Assembly (NCBI GenBank): GCA_035285165.1
Contig: JAYKHP010000007.1
Span: forward strand, 17,380 to 81,379
Reading direction: 5' to 3'
Source: Vampirovibrionales bacterium
GTDB lineage: Bacteria > Cyanobacteriota > Vampirovibrionia > Vampirovibrionales > Vampirovibrionaceae
Length of the DNA stretch: 64,000 nt
The notes under the pieces are model-generated. The model worked only from the letters and a program-made list of their open reading frames with translations, did no database searches and was not told the origin of the DNA. Shown piece by piece: positions 19,378 through 28,396 of the stretch. The position numbers were made by a program, and so were the translations under genes. Numbering within the stretch: position 1 is the stretch's first letter; every line of letters starts with the position of its first letter.

Positions 19378-21492
19378 ATGGCCATTCACCCTTCTCCCAT
19401 CCCCATTCAGAAAATTGACGCGGTCACGCTGTCTTACCTGGCGCGGGAGCTTCGCGGGATGCTTTTGGGTGCTCGCGTCAGCCGGATTACACACCCGGCG
19501 GCTAAGGAGTTTGTCATTTCCTTTTGGGGTCATGCGCATCCGGCAAATGCCGAAGATGCCGCCTTGCTGATTCCTCGCGGAGAGCTGAATCACTTTTACA
19601 TTAACCTTCACCCGGAATTTTGCTACGCGCTGTTGCTTGAGCCGGGCGAAAAAGACGCGCTGATTAAGACGACGCTGGATCATCCCACGGCGGTTTGTAT
19701 GCTGCTGCGAAAACACCTGGGTAACGCTACGGTGAGCGATGTTTTCGTACTGCCACATGAACGCGTCTTGAATCTTTGTTTTGAAAATTTCAACGAACTC
19801 GGTAACCGCGTCAAGCTGATTCTGTCCATCGAGCTGATGGGTAAGACGAGTAACATGGTGCTTTACGATGAATTGCAGGAAGAGATTCTCGCCCTGTCGC
19901 ATTCGGTGAGCGAAAAAATGAGCCAGTATCGTGAGATGACCGTGGGCAGCACCTATATCCCCCCACCCTTAACGCGCGGTAAAACGCCGATCAGCCAATT
20001 TAGCGATGCGGAATTTGAAGCACTTCTGACAACCGTTTCAGATACGGAGATAAACGCAAACACGCTTGCCGAGGCACTGGTTCAACGCCTGGCCGGTGTT
20101 GGTAAAATGATGCTTCGACAGGCGATTGAGATTTCCGAAAAACAAGCCGCTCAAAATAAAGCCAATAAACCCCAGGACGATTCCGTTTCTGATTTTTCAA
20201 AACGACTTTATCAATGCCTGATTCAGGTATCTCCGGATGTCTTGCAAGGTGTTTCATCAAATCGATTACAAGCTGATCACATTGCGCCGCGGATTTTATT
20301 TTCCAGTCCGTCTGTTAAAAACAAATCGCAAACGCCAATCCCGGCCGAGTTCTCACTCTTGCCTGATCCTGGGCGGGATTTATTGGATGATGCCCAAGCC
20401 TTTTCAACTGTGCATGAGATGCTGCGCGCGTATTTTCTGCCCAGAACCGCAGCCCTAAGGCTTGAAGAGTTCAGAACCCGCCTTCTTGCCAGTGTTGAAA
20501 CCGCCCAACGGCGACGCCTCAAGCGTGAGCAATCCCTCTCGCCGGATGCGGGGGATATCGAAGTTTTGCAACATGCGGGGCATTTAATGCTGGCTGCCGC
20601 CAACAGCGGAGGACTTCAGGGGGAACGGCCCGCAAAAGGGCTGGCGCTTGTGACGGATTATCAAAGCGGGGAAGAAATTTCGCTAGAGGTTGACCCGTCG
20701 CTAAGCTGGATGGAAAATGCCGAACGGTATTATCGACGCGCAAAAAAAGCCAAGGCCCGGCAGGCGCAATTTGTTTTGCAACAGGAGCAGTTGTCGCGCG
20801 AGGCGGCGTATCTGGAGGAGCTTGCCCTGATGATTGCGCAGGCCGATACCCTCAAAATGTTGCAGGTGATGGCCGATGAACTGGATACGTTTTTACGGGA
20901 GAAAAAGCAGAAGGCAGAATCACTGCCAAGTGCTGAAGGACTTAATCGTAGTTCAGGCAATCGAAAAAGTTTGAATTTCAAGCAAAAAGCCGCTAAGTCA
21001 CAAAAAAAACCGAAGCAGAAGGCGAGTCAGGGGAAAACGCCTCCCGGCTTGATAACGCTGCCGCTTGAGGCGGGAGGGCAGATCCTGGTGGGGCGTAGCG
21101 GCCAGGCCAACGGGGAGCTGGTGGGCCGATTGGGAAAACCGAATGACTGGTGGTTCCATGTTCACCAGATGCCGGGCAGCCATGTGGTTTTAAGACACGG
21201 AGAGTTAAAACATATGGGATTCAATCACGATCAAAAAGGAAACGATGAACCGGAAGATGCTTTAACCGCCAACTTGCCGCTTGATCCACAACAGCTTCTG
21301 CTGGCTGCCAATCTGGCGGTTTATTTCAGCACCGCGCGCGAAAGCAAAAACGTGCCGGTCATTTATACCCAAATCAAGCACGTTCGAAAAATTCCAGGGT
21401 CTTATCCCGGCCATGTGACCTACAAGCACGAGCAAAGCGTTTTTATTACCGTCGATGAGGCATTGATAAAATCCGCGCTGGGAATTGGCTAA
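19378..21492 (+). CDS. rqcH: RqcH/FbpA family (NFACT-N plus NFACT-R/DUF814) ribosome quality control homolog
   Basis: ~705 aa. The N-terminus has an NFACT-N-like fold, the middle is a coiled-coil, and the C-terminus carries DWWFHVHQMPGSHVVLRH (DUF814). Start at MAIHPS (19378). Confidence 0.75.
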   Translation: MAIHPSPIPIQKIDAVTLSYLARELRGMLLGARVSRITHPAAKEFVISFWGHAHPANAEDAALLIPRGELNHFYINLHPEFCYALLLEPGEKDALIKTTLDHPTAVCMLLRKHLGNATVSDVFVLPHERVLNLCFENFNELGNRVKLILSIELMGKTSNMVLYDELQEEILALSHSVSEKMSQYREMTVGSTYIPPPLTRGKTPISQFSDAEFEALLTTVSDTEINANTLAEALVQRLAGVGKMMLRQAIEISEKQAAQNKANKPQDDSVSDFSKRLYQCLIQVSPDVLQGVSSNRLQADHIAPRILFSSPSVKNKSQTPIPAEFSLLPDPGRDLLDDAQAFSTVHEMLRAYFLPRTAALRLEEFRTRLLASVETAQRRRLKREQSLSPDAGDIEVLQHAGHLMLAAANSGGLQGERPAKGLALVTDYQSGEEISLEVDPSLSWMENAERYYRRAKKAKARQAQFVLQQEQLSREAAYLEELALMIAQADTLKMLQVMADELDTFLREKKQKAESLPSAEGLNRSSGNRKSLNFKQKAAKSQKKPKQKASQGKTPPGLITLPLEAGGQILVGRSGQANGELVGRLGKPNDWWFHVHQMPGSHVVLRHGELKHMGFNHDQKGNDEPEDALTANLPLDPQQLLLAANLAVYFSTARESKNVPVIYTQIKHVRKIPGSYPGHVTYKHEQSVFITVDEALIKSALGIG

Positions 21493-21503
21493 GCTCATTG
21501 CTT

Positions 21504-21590
21504 TTTTTACGACAACTCTGGCGAGTCTGTTTGTTTTATGACAACTCTGGCGAGTCTGTTTTTTTACGACAACTCTGGCGAGTCGTCTTC
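21504..21590. repeat. Three tandem ~29-bp copies of tt(t)TA[C/T]GACAACTCTGGCGAGTC..., of which the last copy is the 3' end (including stop) of the 1198-aa gene
   Basis: Read directly: copies at about 21508-21533, 21537-21561 and 21566-21590. The reverse complement of copy 3 encodes ...EDDSPELS followed by the stop. Confidence 0.8.
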
Positions 21591-24500
21591 GTAAATCATG
21601 ACGTCGGGTTCGGGTGGGAGGCGGCGATCGAATTGCGCGTAATTCAGCCTTGAAACCCTTGGGCCATAGCCTTTTTCATTAAGAGGAGAATCCGCCTGCT
21701 CTTGATCCTGAGGGTTTTGACTGCGGCTTACGGTAGCCTCTTCCTGAATCTCGCCGGTCAAGTCCAGCGATGGCATATCAACGGAACGGGCTTCAAATGC
21801 CTGGTGGCGGCTTTCCTCATGCAGATCGGGAGCTGGATAACTGCCGTTATCATTCCCGTTATTATGTTCGTTATTATCCATGTTGAAACGTGCCCGAATC
21901 ACGTGCGGGGAGGTATATTGCGTTAAATGCAACGGCTGGGCTTCGTCAATGCGACGCTTGATCTTGCGAATCGCCATCTGGCAAACACTGCTGATAATCT
22001 CGCTGCTGCCCACCGCTTGCAGGTCAGCCAGCATCGTTAAAGCCCGATCAGTCGAGCCGATTTGTCCAAGGCTTCTCACGCAGGCCCACAGCAACGCTGG
22101 CGGCATGGTTGCTCTTGTCGCCTGGGGATAAACCTGCGTTGAAATGGCTGCCAGGATGGCATCTTCCGCCTGCCTTGCCGGACGTTTGCCAAGCGTTCGC
22201 ACCACCGCGATTTTCACGTCCTCATCCTCCTCAGGATCAAGCAACGTATTGGCCAGCGCGTGAAAAGCACCCTGCTCATCCATAAAGCTGAGCGAGTCGG
22301 CGGCCAGCGCGCGAATCGCCGGATCGCTGTCCTGGTGTAATCTTGCAATCAGGGCCTTAATGGCGTCTGGCCCCGGGTATTTCTGTAAGCCGACGCAGGC
22401 GTATTTTCGGATTTCGGGCACCGGATCGTCAATCGCATCCAGTAAGCTGTTTTGCACAAAAGGCGATTCTCGATCATTAGACGGATTGTGATCATCTGCC
22501 AGAAACTTGATGGAGCAGAGGCGTACGCTTTCATCCGCGTCTGATAGGCCCTTGATGAACACGGCGGTCAAATCGTGCGACCAGCGGTATTTTACCAACG
22601 CCTGGTATGCCTGGGCGCGAATGGCCTCATATTCATCGTCCAATGCTTCCAACATCGATTCCACAAAGCGCTTGTGAAAGTCCGGCTCGGTGGTCTTTTG
22701 GCTAATAAGCGCAAGGTTTTGCGCCGCGTATTCGCGCACCATCGTATCCATGTCTTTGAGGGCGGTAAACAACGCCTGCCTGGATTTTTCCGAATCGATC
22801 AGCGCCAGGTTATTCAGCGCTGTCACTCGAATGGCGGGCTGTTCGGATTTCAGGCTGTCGATAAAAAGCCTTTCGAGAAATTCGGGCATATCCGTATTGC
22901 CAAGCGAATGGCAAAGCGAAAGGACTTCTTGGGTCTTTGCCCGATCCAGCTCGCCTGTTTGAATCGAAAGGGGAATGATTTTTTTCAGGTAACGCAGTTT
23001 TTCTTCCGTCGGTAAATCAGCCTCGACGCTTGCGGTTTTGCTTTCCAGAAACTCGCGGTCAATGCGGTTCTGGAAAATAAACCACTTGTCGGCAAACGGC
23101 GTCTGGTTGGTGACGGCGGACTTGCTTTTGGCGAAGGGCTGAATGAACTGGTACTGCGCCAGCCGTTGCAGCACCTCATACACAAACGTTTCACCAAGCT
23201 GCTGCGAGAGGTAAACTTCCGAAATAGCGTCACCCGCCTTGAAGGGCTGACCGCCAAATGTTTTTAGCAAGGCCGCAATGGCCTTTTCCAGTTTTTCCTC
23301 CTGCTGGAGAAACGCCAATTTGATGCGCGTGTATGACAGTTCAAGCAGGTCTTCGGGTTGATCGATGCAAAGCCGGTTATAGAACTCCAGATCCAGGTGC
23401 CGGATGCGATTGGCGTGTGAACGTTCAATGAGATAGCGCGCCGCGCGGTTATGCCAGTAAGGGTTTCCTTGTGTCAGGGTGTAAACCTGTAAGTGGACGT
23501 TTTCGTCAAATTCAAGCCCGGCGCTATGGAAGCGCATGCGGAAAAGTTTTCTGGCTTGCGCCTCGTCCAGGGGGGCAAGCAGGAGCTTGGTTCTAAATTG
23601 GTGGAAAAGGTTTCCCCCGAGGCTATTGCTCTGCCCCAGCGTATCGCAGCCTAGTAGCAGCATCAGGCGGGTTTGTTGAGGGATGCCGGGGCGTCCCCCC
23701 TCTCGATTGTCTCCCGTTTCATTCAACAGGTCATACAGCATTTGTTTCAGTTCATTTTGCTGCGGCTGGGGAATATCGCTAACCCCTTCCCAGTGATCGA
23801 AGAGCAACAGCAGCGAGCTGTCGATGCTGGCAATGCCCTGGTTGATGAAGTCGAAAACCTGTTGCAGATGGGCGCTCATTTCGGCTACCGGCCCATGATC
23901 CTTTTGCTTAGGTGTTCTGGCTTTTTTCTTTGCAAGATTTGAAGAAAGAGCCGAGGCGGGTTCGGCATCCGAATCAGTATGCTGATCAGCGCTGTCCGTT
24001 TCTTGCTCCTGGTTCTGCAAAGTGTTCTGAAAAAACTGGGGACGCTTGGCTTCCCAGTCTTGGGTATAATTCAGATCAAACAAACGGTTGCCGTCCTTGA
24101 TTTCATCCGAAAGGGCAAACGCGGTTTTCAGACGGGGGTCGATGGGGTTGGCCAGTTGGCAGGCCAGCACCACCCAGGGGTTGAGGATAAATTTTACCAG
24201 CTTGTCGATGTGCGTGTTCAAGGACAACCTGAGTTTTTTCATGGTGGGCAGCGAATTTTTAATGGCCTTGGCCAGTTGTTCTTCGCTTGAAATTTTCGGG
24301 GGCGAGGATTTTTGGGAAGTTTTTGCCGGAGTGCTTTTTTCCGTATTACTTTTCTCAAGCCCACTTTCAAGCCCGTTTTCAAGATGAATAGCATCCTGAA
24401 GCTGTGCCAGCGATACGGCGCGGATGAGATCCTGGGTTTCCCAAACCAGCCCGATGTTGGCCAATTCTTCGTTAATGGCGATTAGTGCTTCCTGTATCAG

Positions 24501-25160
24501 CCGATCCGCATCCTGACGAAGGCTGTCGATTAAGGTTACATAGAAATGCTGTGGCGTTTTGAAATGATGCAGCCTGCAGTCAATGATGCGGGAATAAACC
24601 GACTGGCGAACCAGTTCGATAAAGCTGTCGATCAGGGCGGTTTTCCCCATGCCGGTATCCGCTGTCAGCAGCACCGCTTTTAGTTGTCCCTGGCGAGAGA
24701 GGTGAATCAGCTTGAGCAGTTGGCGCAATTCTGTTTTTCGTCCCACGATTTCGACGGTTTCAACAAGGTAAGCGTCGTTCGTGGCCGCAGCGCCCGCATA
24801 AGGCGAGGAGGCCGCCAACTCTCCCGGCAGCATCGAGGCAGTGTCGTTTCGGTTTGAAAATCCCATCCCTGAAAGTCCAAGCCCGGAGAGCCCCAGATTT
24901 TGGCTGAAAAGGCTTTTTTCCGCTGTCGCCGACGGCAGGGGAACGAGGTGCTCAAGTCCATGGGGCTCTGGTTGAGAACGGCTCTTATCGGCACCCATGG
25001 CGTTGATTTTCTTACCTGTATCCGTGTTACCGCTTTGAGAAGGTGCGGGAGAGTCCTGCTGCATTAGCGTAGGAGAGCTTGCGGGTTGCCGATTGAGCGC
25101 TTTTGGGTTGGAAGGGGTTTCTGAAAAGCCGGTCTGATCGGTCGGATAAGAAGAACTCAT
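21564..25160 (-). CDS. Large P-loop NTPase (AAA_16/STAND-like) with a disordered S/P/Q-rich N-terminus and a C-terminal array of HEAT/PBS-lyase-type repeats
   Basis: 1198 aa. Walker A is LLTADTGMGKTALIDSF, candidate Walker B is SLLLLFDHWEG, there is a long helical middle, and there are at least 6 HEAT-like repeats (PAIRVTALNNLALI, DTMVREYAAQNLALI, YEAIRAQAYQALVKY, ESVRLCSIKFLAD, VPEIRKYACVGLQKY, DPAIRALAADSLSFM, EDVKIAVVRTLG). Confidence 0.7.
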   Translation of the reverse strand: MSSSYPTDQTGFSETPSNPKALNRQPASSPTLMQQDSPAPSQSGNTDTGKKINAMGADKSRSQPEPHGLEHLVPLPSATAEKSLFSQNLGLSGLGLSGMGFSNRNDTASMLPGELAASSPYAGAAATNDAYLVETVEIVGRKTELRQLLKLIHLSRQGQLKAVLLTADTGMGKTALIDSFIELVRQSVYSRIIDCRLHHFKTPQHFYVTLIDSLRQDADRLIQEALIAINEELANIGLVWETQDLIRAVSLAQLQDAIHLENGLESGLEKSNTEKSTPAKTSQKSSPPKISSEEQLAKAIKNSLPTMKKLRLSLNTHIDKLVKFILNPWVVLACQLANPIDPRLKTAFALSDEIKDGNRLFDLNYTQDWEAKRPQFFQNTLQNQEQETDSADQHTDSDAEPASALSSNLAKKKARTPKQKDHGPVAEMSAHLQQVFDFINQGIASIDSSLLLLFDHWEGVSDIPQPQQNELKQMLYDLLNETGDNREGGRPGIPQQTRLMLLLGCDTLGQSNSLGGNLFHQFRTKLLLAPLDEAQARKLFRMRFHSAGLEFDENVHLQVYTLTQGNPYWHNRAARYLIERSHANRIRHLDLEFYNRLCIDQPEDLLELSYTRIKLAFLQQEEKLEKAIAALLKTFGGQPFKAGDAISEVYLSQQLGETFVYEVLQRLAQYQFIQPFAKSKSAVTNQTPFADKWFIFQNRIDREFLESKTASVEADLPTEEKLRYLKKIIPLSIQTGELDRAKTQEVLSLCHSLGNTDMPEFLERLFIDSLKSEQPAIRVTALNNLALIDSEKSRQALFTALKDMDTMVREYAAQNLALISQKTTEPDFHKRFVESMLEALDDEYEAIRAQAYQALVKYRWSHDLTAVFIKGLSDADESVRLCSIKFLADDHNPSNDRESPFVQNSLLDAIDDPVPEIRKYACVGLQKYPGPDAIKALIARLHQDSDPAIRALAADSLSFMDEQGAFHALANTLLDPEEDEDVKIAVVRTLGKRPARQAEDAILAAISTQVYPQATRATMPPALLWACVRSLGQIGSTDRALTMLADLQAVGSSEIISSVCQMAIRKIKRRIDEAQPLHLTQYTSPHVIRARFNMDNNEHNNGNDNGSYPAPDLHEESRHQAFEARSVDMPSLDLTGEIQEEATVSRSQNPQDQEQADSPLNEKGYGPRVSRLNYAQFDRRLPPEPDVMIYEDDSPELS

Positions 25161-25361
25161 AAGCGTTTTTCAATACTTTCTCTCTCTCGCTACTGCTTGA
25201 AGTCGTTTTACACATCCTGTTGTGCCCAGATATCCCTCCAGATATCCCTGGAGACATTATATAATAGCATTGCCCCCATATCAAAACGTGGCGTTGCCTT
25301 GATAAGGTATTGTTATCAACGATGACAGTTTCGGCAAACCGTCACGCTATTTAAGAAAGAC

Positions 25362-26018
25362 ATGCCAATGTATTCAACGCGTTCTTTGTTTAAAGCCCTC
25401 TTGGCTTTGCTGTTGTTTTTACCTGTTTCGGCGGCGTTTGCCGAAGCAGGTAAGCACAATGCTCCTCCGCTTCGTTCAGCGTCAGATATCAGCGATTCGC
25501 CATCCAGTAACCCCTACCTGTCGTTACGTATACCAAAGCCCGGTTCTGTGGCGCCTGGTATTCAGGTAAAGACGGCGGAGGGCACGACGCTTACGCTGAC
25601 CCAGTACAAGGGAAAAAAGAATGTGGTGCTGGTGTTTTACCAGGGGCATTTCTGCTCGGTCTGTGCCCATCAGCTTGCCAATCTCCAATCCCACTACGGC
25701 GATTTTAAGCTGCAGGAAGCTGAAATTATCGCAATCAGTGCGGATAGCCAATACCTGGCCCTCAGAACACAAGGAGAGCTAGGTCTTAGCTTTCCGGTTG
25801 TGCCGGATTCGGCTAAATCAATCATTGCGCGCTATGGCGTTGCCAACGTGGCCAAGCAGGGAATCGCCTGGCCGTCGGCTTTTATCATTGACAAGCAGGG
25901 CAAGCTTCGCTTTAGCTATGCCGATTCTCGTGGACATCGTTTGCACAGCAACGAGCTGCTGTCCCAACTCTCCAATATTACGGGAAAACCTTCGCCAAGC
26001 TTGGGTTATGAAGAGTAA
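25362..26018 (+). CDS. Secreted peroxiredoxin/thiol peroxidase (AhpC-TSA/redoxin family)
   Basis: Signal peptide (LLALLLFLPVSAAFA) and a redoxin fold with FCSVCAHQ. Confidence 0.7.
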   Translation: MPMYSTRSLFKALLALLLFLPVSAAFAEAGKHNAPPLRSASDISDSPSSNPYLSLRIPKPGSVAPGIQVKTAEGTTLTLTQYKGKKNVVLVFYQGHFCSVCAHQLANLQSHYGDFKLQEAEIIAISADSQYLALRTQGELGLSFPVVPDSAKSIIARYGVANVAKQGIAWPSAFIIDKQGKLRFSYADSRGHRLHSNELLSQLSNITGKPSPSLGYEE

Positions 26019-26146
26019 TTTATATTAAGAAATTCAATCGTAAATAAAACCAAAACGAATTAGTATCGCTGGAACATTCACAATGTCATTATCAAAAATA
26101 TTAATGTCGTACCGGAAGCTGGTTTAAATCAGTCGTGAAAAACCGA

Positions 26147-26461
26147 TTAATTAATCGGGCTGTGTGTAGGCTCTGACTCTAGTTTTTCAAGTAAACCACT
26201 CTCAAGATGTTTTTTGGCCCATTTCAGAACAATGCGTTGCTCGTCTTTGTTCTGGAAAAGATCTTCGTAATAAAGAGAACGAAGCGAGTCGTAGCTTGTA
26301 TTGAAAAATTCGGCCAATTGGCGAAGATTGGTTGGGTTGGGGACGCGTTGCGCTTTTTCAAAGCGCATGATTTGCACGCGAGATATCCTAGTGCCTTTTT
26401 CGATGTCAAGCAATGAACGCTCTCCGCGCAATTCACGCAGTTTTCGGCTTAAGTGCAGCAA
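26147..26461 (-). CDS. XRE-family helix-turn-helix transcriptional regulator
   Basis: 104 aa; N-terminal HTH (LRELRGERSLLDIEKGTRISRVQIMRFEKAQRVPNPTNLRQLAEFF). The 16-bp palindrome CCGATTAATTAATCGG (26143-26158) overlaps the stop and is followed on the minus strand by T5, so it probably acts as its terminator. Confidence 0.7.
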   Translation of the reverse strand: MLHLSRKLRELRGERSLLDIEKGTRISRVQIMRFEKAQRVPNPTNLRQLAEFFNTSYDSLRSLYYEDLFQNKDEQRIVLKWAKKHLESGLLEKLESEPTHSPIN

Positions 26462-27031
26462 TTTGACAGATTCCTTTAAGTATGTTAACGTATGCCTTGT
26501 TACCGTAAAAGAAACGGTGATGACTCACTCACAGCAGTTATAGGGTTATATAGTCATGTCGTTGCCTGTAGAAGAATGCTGTGGTTATATTCTGGAAATA
26601 GAGACTCTTAGAAGCATTCCCGCTTTTTTAACGGCTGAAAGCTTTTAAAGATTCTATTGAAACAATAATATATATTGTAAATACAATAATACCATACTGA
26701 CTAGGGTAGACTACATCACCCAAAAGAGTGTTTCATCTACCATTCCTCGGAATGAGTTTCATGTAAGCCAAAGTATCATTGAGAAAACGCAAGTAGTAGT
26801 ACGGAAGATATCGTGCAGATACAAGTTTTTATACACAGTACATCTTTAGTGTTGAGTGTATCAGGGTTATACAAGCTTGGCAATCCCTCTCTTGCCCCGT
26901 ACCGCAATTAAGCCTGATTGTTTGCTTTCCGTCTTGTTACTTTTTCTGTTACAAAATTGTGTTTTATTATTTCCACCACAGTATCTAACCAGTATAATTA
27001 CGTCGATTTACTTAGTTAATGTCGTTCATTC

Positions 27032-27063
27032 AGCCCTTTCACCTTTGAAAGGGCTTTTTTTTT
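27032..27063 (+). terminator. Strong Rho-independent terminator (10-bp perfect stem AGCCCTTTCA/TGAAAGGGCT, 4-nt loop, T9)
   Basis: Read directly. It closes a ~570-nt ORF-poor, AT-rich stretch downstream (on the + strand) of the XRE gene's divergent promoter. Confidence 0.8.
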
Positions 27064-27230
27064 GATAACGCTGTAAATTGTCCAACGCGCAGGCTTTTAC
27101 GGCCCCTGATTCGTCCGGCATTTAATATAACTCATCCCGCCCATTCTCATTTTGCCATTTTAAGACTAAGTTACTTAAAGCTAACCTGTCTTATTTGCAT
27201 TTTTATTCACAAAGAAAGGTAGGTCTCAAA

Positions 27231-28322
27231 ATGACCCAAACGCAAACCAGTCCGCTTAAACAGGAATCATTGGGCGTTCAAGCCAAAGGTTATGCTGCGA
27301 TGACCCCAAAAGCGCCTTTAAAGCCTTTCTCGTTCGAGCGACGAAAGCCCAATGCCAACGACGTGTTAATTGATATCCGCTATTGCGGGATTTGCCATTC
27401 GGACATCCATCAGGCTCGTGATGAATGGGGTGATGCCCTCTTCCCGATGGTGCCGGGTCACGAGATTGTCGGTATCGTTTCTGAGGTGGGCGAAAAGGTT
27501 ACGCGCTACAAGGTGGGCGATCGCGTGGGCGTTGGCTGCTTTGTCGATTCCTGCCGCCAGTGCGAACCTTGCCGTCATGATCTTGAGCAGTATTGTGAAA
27601 ACGGGATGACCGGCACGTACAACGCAATGGAACGGGATGGGGTGACACCCACGTTTGGCGGCTACTCCAACCACATCGTCGTCAACGAGGATTACGTGTT
27701 GGGAATTCCTGACAATCTCTCTCTTGATGCCGCCGCCCCCCTGCTTTGTGCTGGCATTACGTTGTATTCTCCCCTGATGCACTGGAAAGCGGCTCCCGGT
27801 AAGAAAGTGGCGATTATCGGCCTGGGAGGACTTGGCCATATGGGGGTTAAGCTTGCCCATGCACTTGGGGCGGAAGTTACCGTTTTAAGCCAGTCATTGA
27901 GAAAACAGGAAGATGCTAAGCGCTTTGGGGCGGATCATTTTTACGCCACCGCCGATCCGGCAACTTTTGAAAAACTGCAGGGTCATTTCGATCTGATCAT
28001 CAACACGGTGTCAGTCGATATGGACTGGAACGAGTACCTGAACCTGCTGAAGCTAGACGGCACGATGGTGGTGATTGGCGTTCCCGAAAAGCAGGTGCCG
28101 CTTGGCGCGTTTCCGCTTCTTTTAAAACGTCGCAGCCTGGCGGGCTCGCTAATTGGCGGGATTAAGGAAACACAGGAGATGTTGGATTTCTGTGGCAAGC
28201 ATAATATCACCTGCGATATCGAGTTGATTCCGATTCAGCAGGTGAATGAAGCTTATGAGCGCGTGATCAAAAGTGATGTCCGCTACCGCTTTGTAATTGA
28301 TATGGCCTCGCTGGAGAAGTAA
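27231..28322 (+). CDS. Zinc-dependent alcohol dehydrogenase, cinnamyl-ADH/YahK-like NADPH aldehyde reductase
   Basis: GICHSDIH catalytic Zn motif, structural Zn cysteines ([15 protein letters not shown]) and a GLGGLGHMG Rossmann motif. Start at MTQTQ (27231) with AAAGAAAGG upstream; the track ORF start at 27195 is less likely. Confidence 0.85.
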   Translation: MTQTQTSPLKQESLGVQAKGYAAMTPKAPLKPFSFERRKPNANDVLIDIRYCGICHSDIHQARDEWGDALFPMVPGHEIVGIVSEVGEKVTRYKVGDRVGVGCFVDSCRQCEPCRHDLEQYCENGMTGTYNAMERDGVTPTFGGYSNHIVVNEDYVLGIPDNLSLDAAAPLLCAGITLYSPLMHWKAAPGKKVAIIGLGGLGHMGVKLAHALGAEVTVLSQSLRKQEDAKRFGADHFYATADPATFEKLQGHFDLIINTVSVDMDWNEYLNLLKLDGTMVVIGVPEKQVPLGAFPLLLKRRSLAGSLIGGIKETQEMLDFCGKHNITCDIELIPIQQVNEAYERVIKSDVRYRFVIDMASLEK

Positions 28323-28347
28323 AAGGCTGGAAAAGTAAAAGCTAAAA

Positions 28348-28380
28348 GTCCCTCTCCCCTTGTGGGAGAGGGACTTTTTT
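28348..28380. terminator. Bidirectional Rho-independent terminator between the ADH gene and prpC (11-bp stem GTCCCTCTCCC/GGGAGAGGGAC, T6 on the + side, A-run on the other)
   Basis: Read directly. Confidence 0.65.
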
Positions 28381-28396
28381 ACAAGTACTGCTGGTT

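Noticed and set aside
26856-27065. 69-aa ORF ending at the strong terminator
   Set aside because: It is low-complexity (L/S/P-rich) with no RBS and an implausible composition. It is more likely non-coding sequence of the putative ncRNA region. It is kept as an alternative in the findings.
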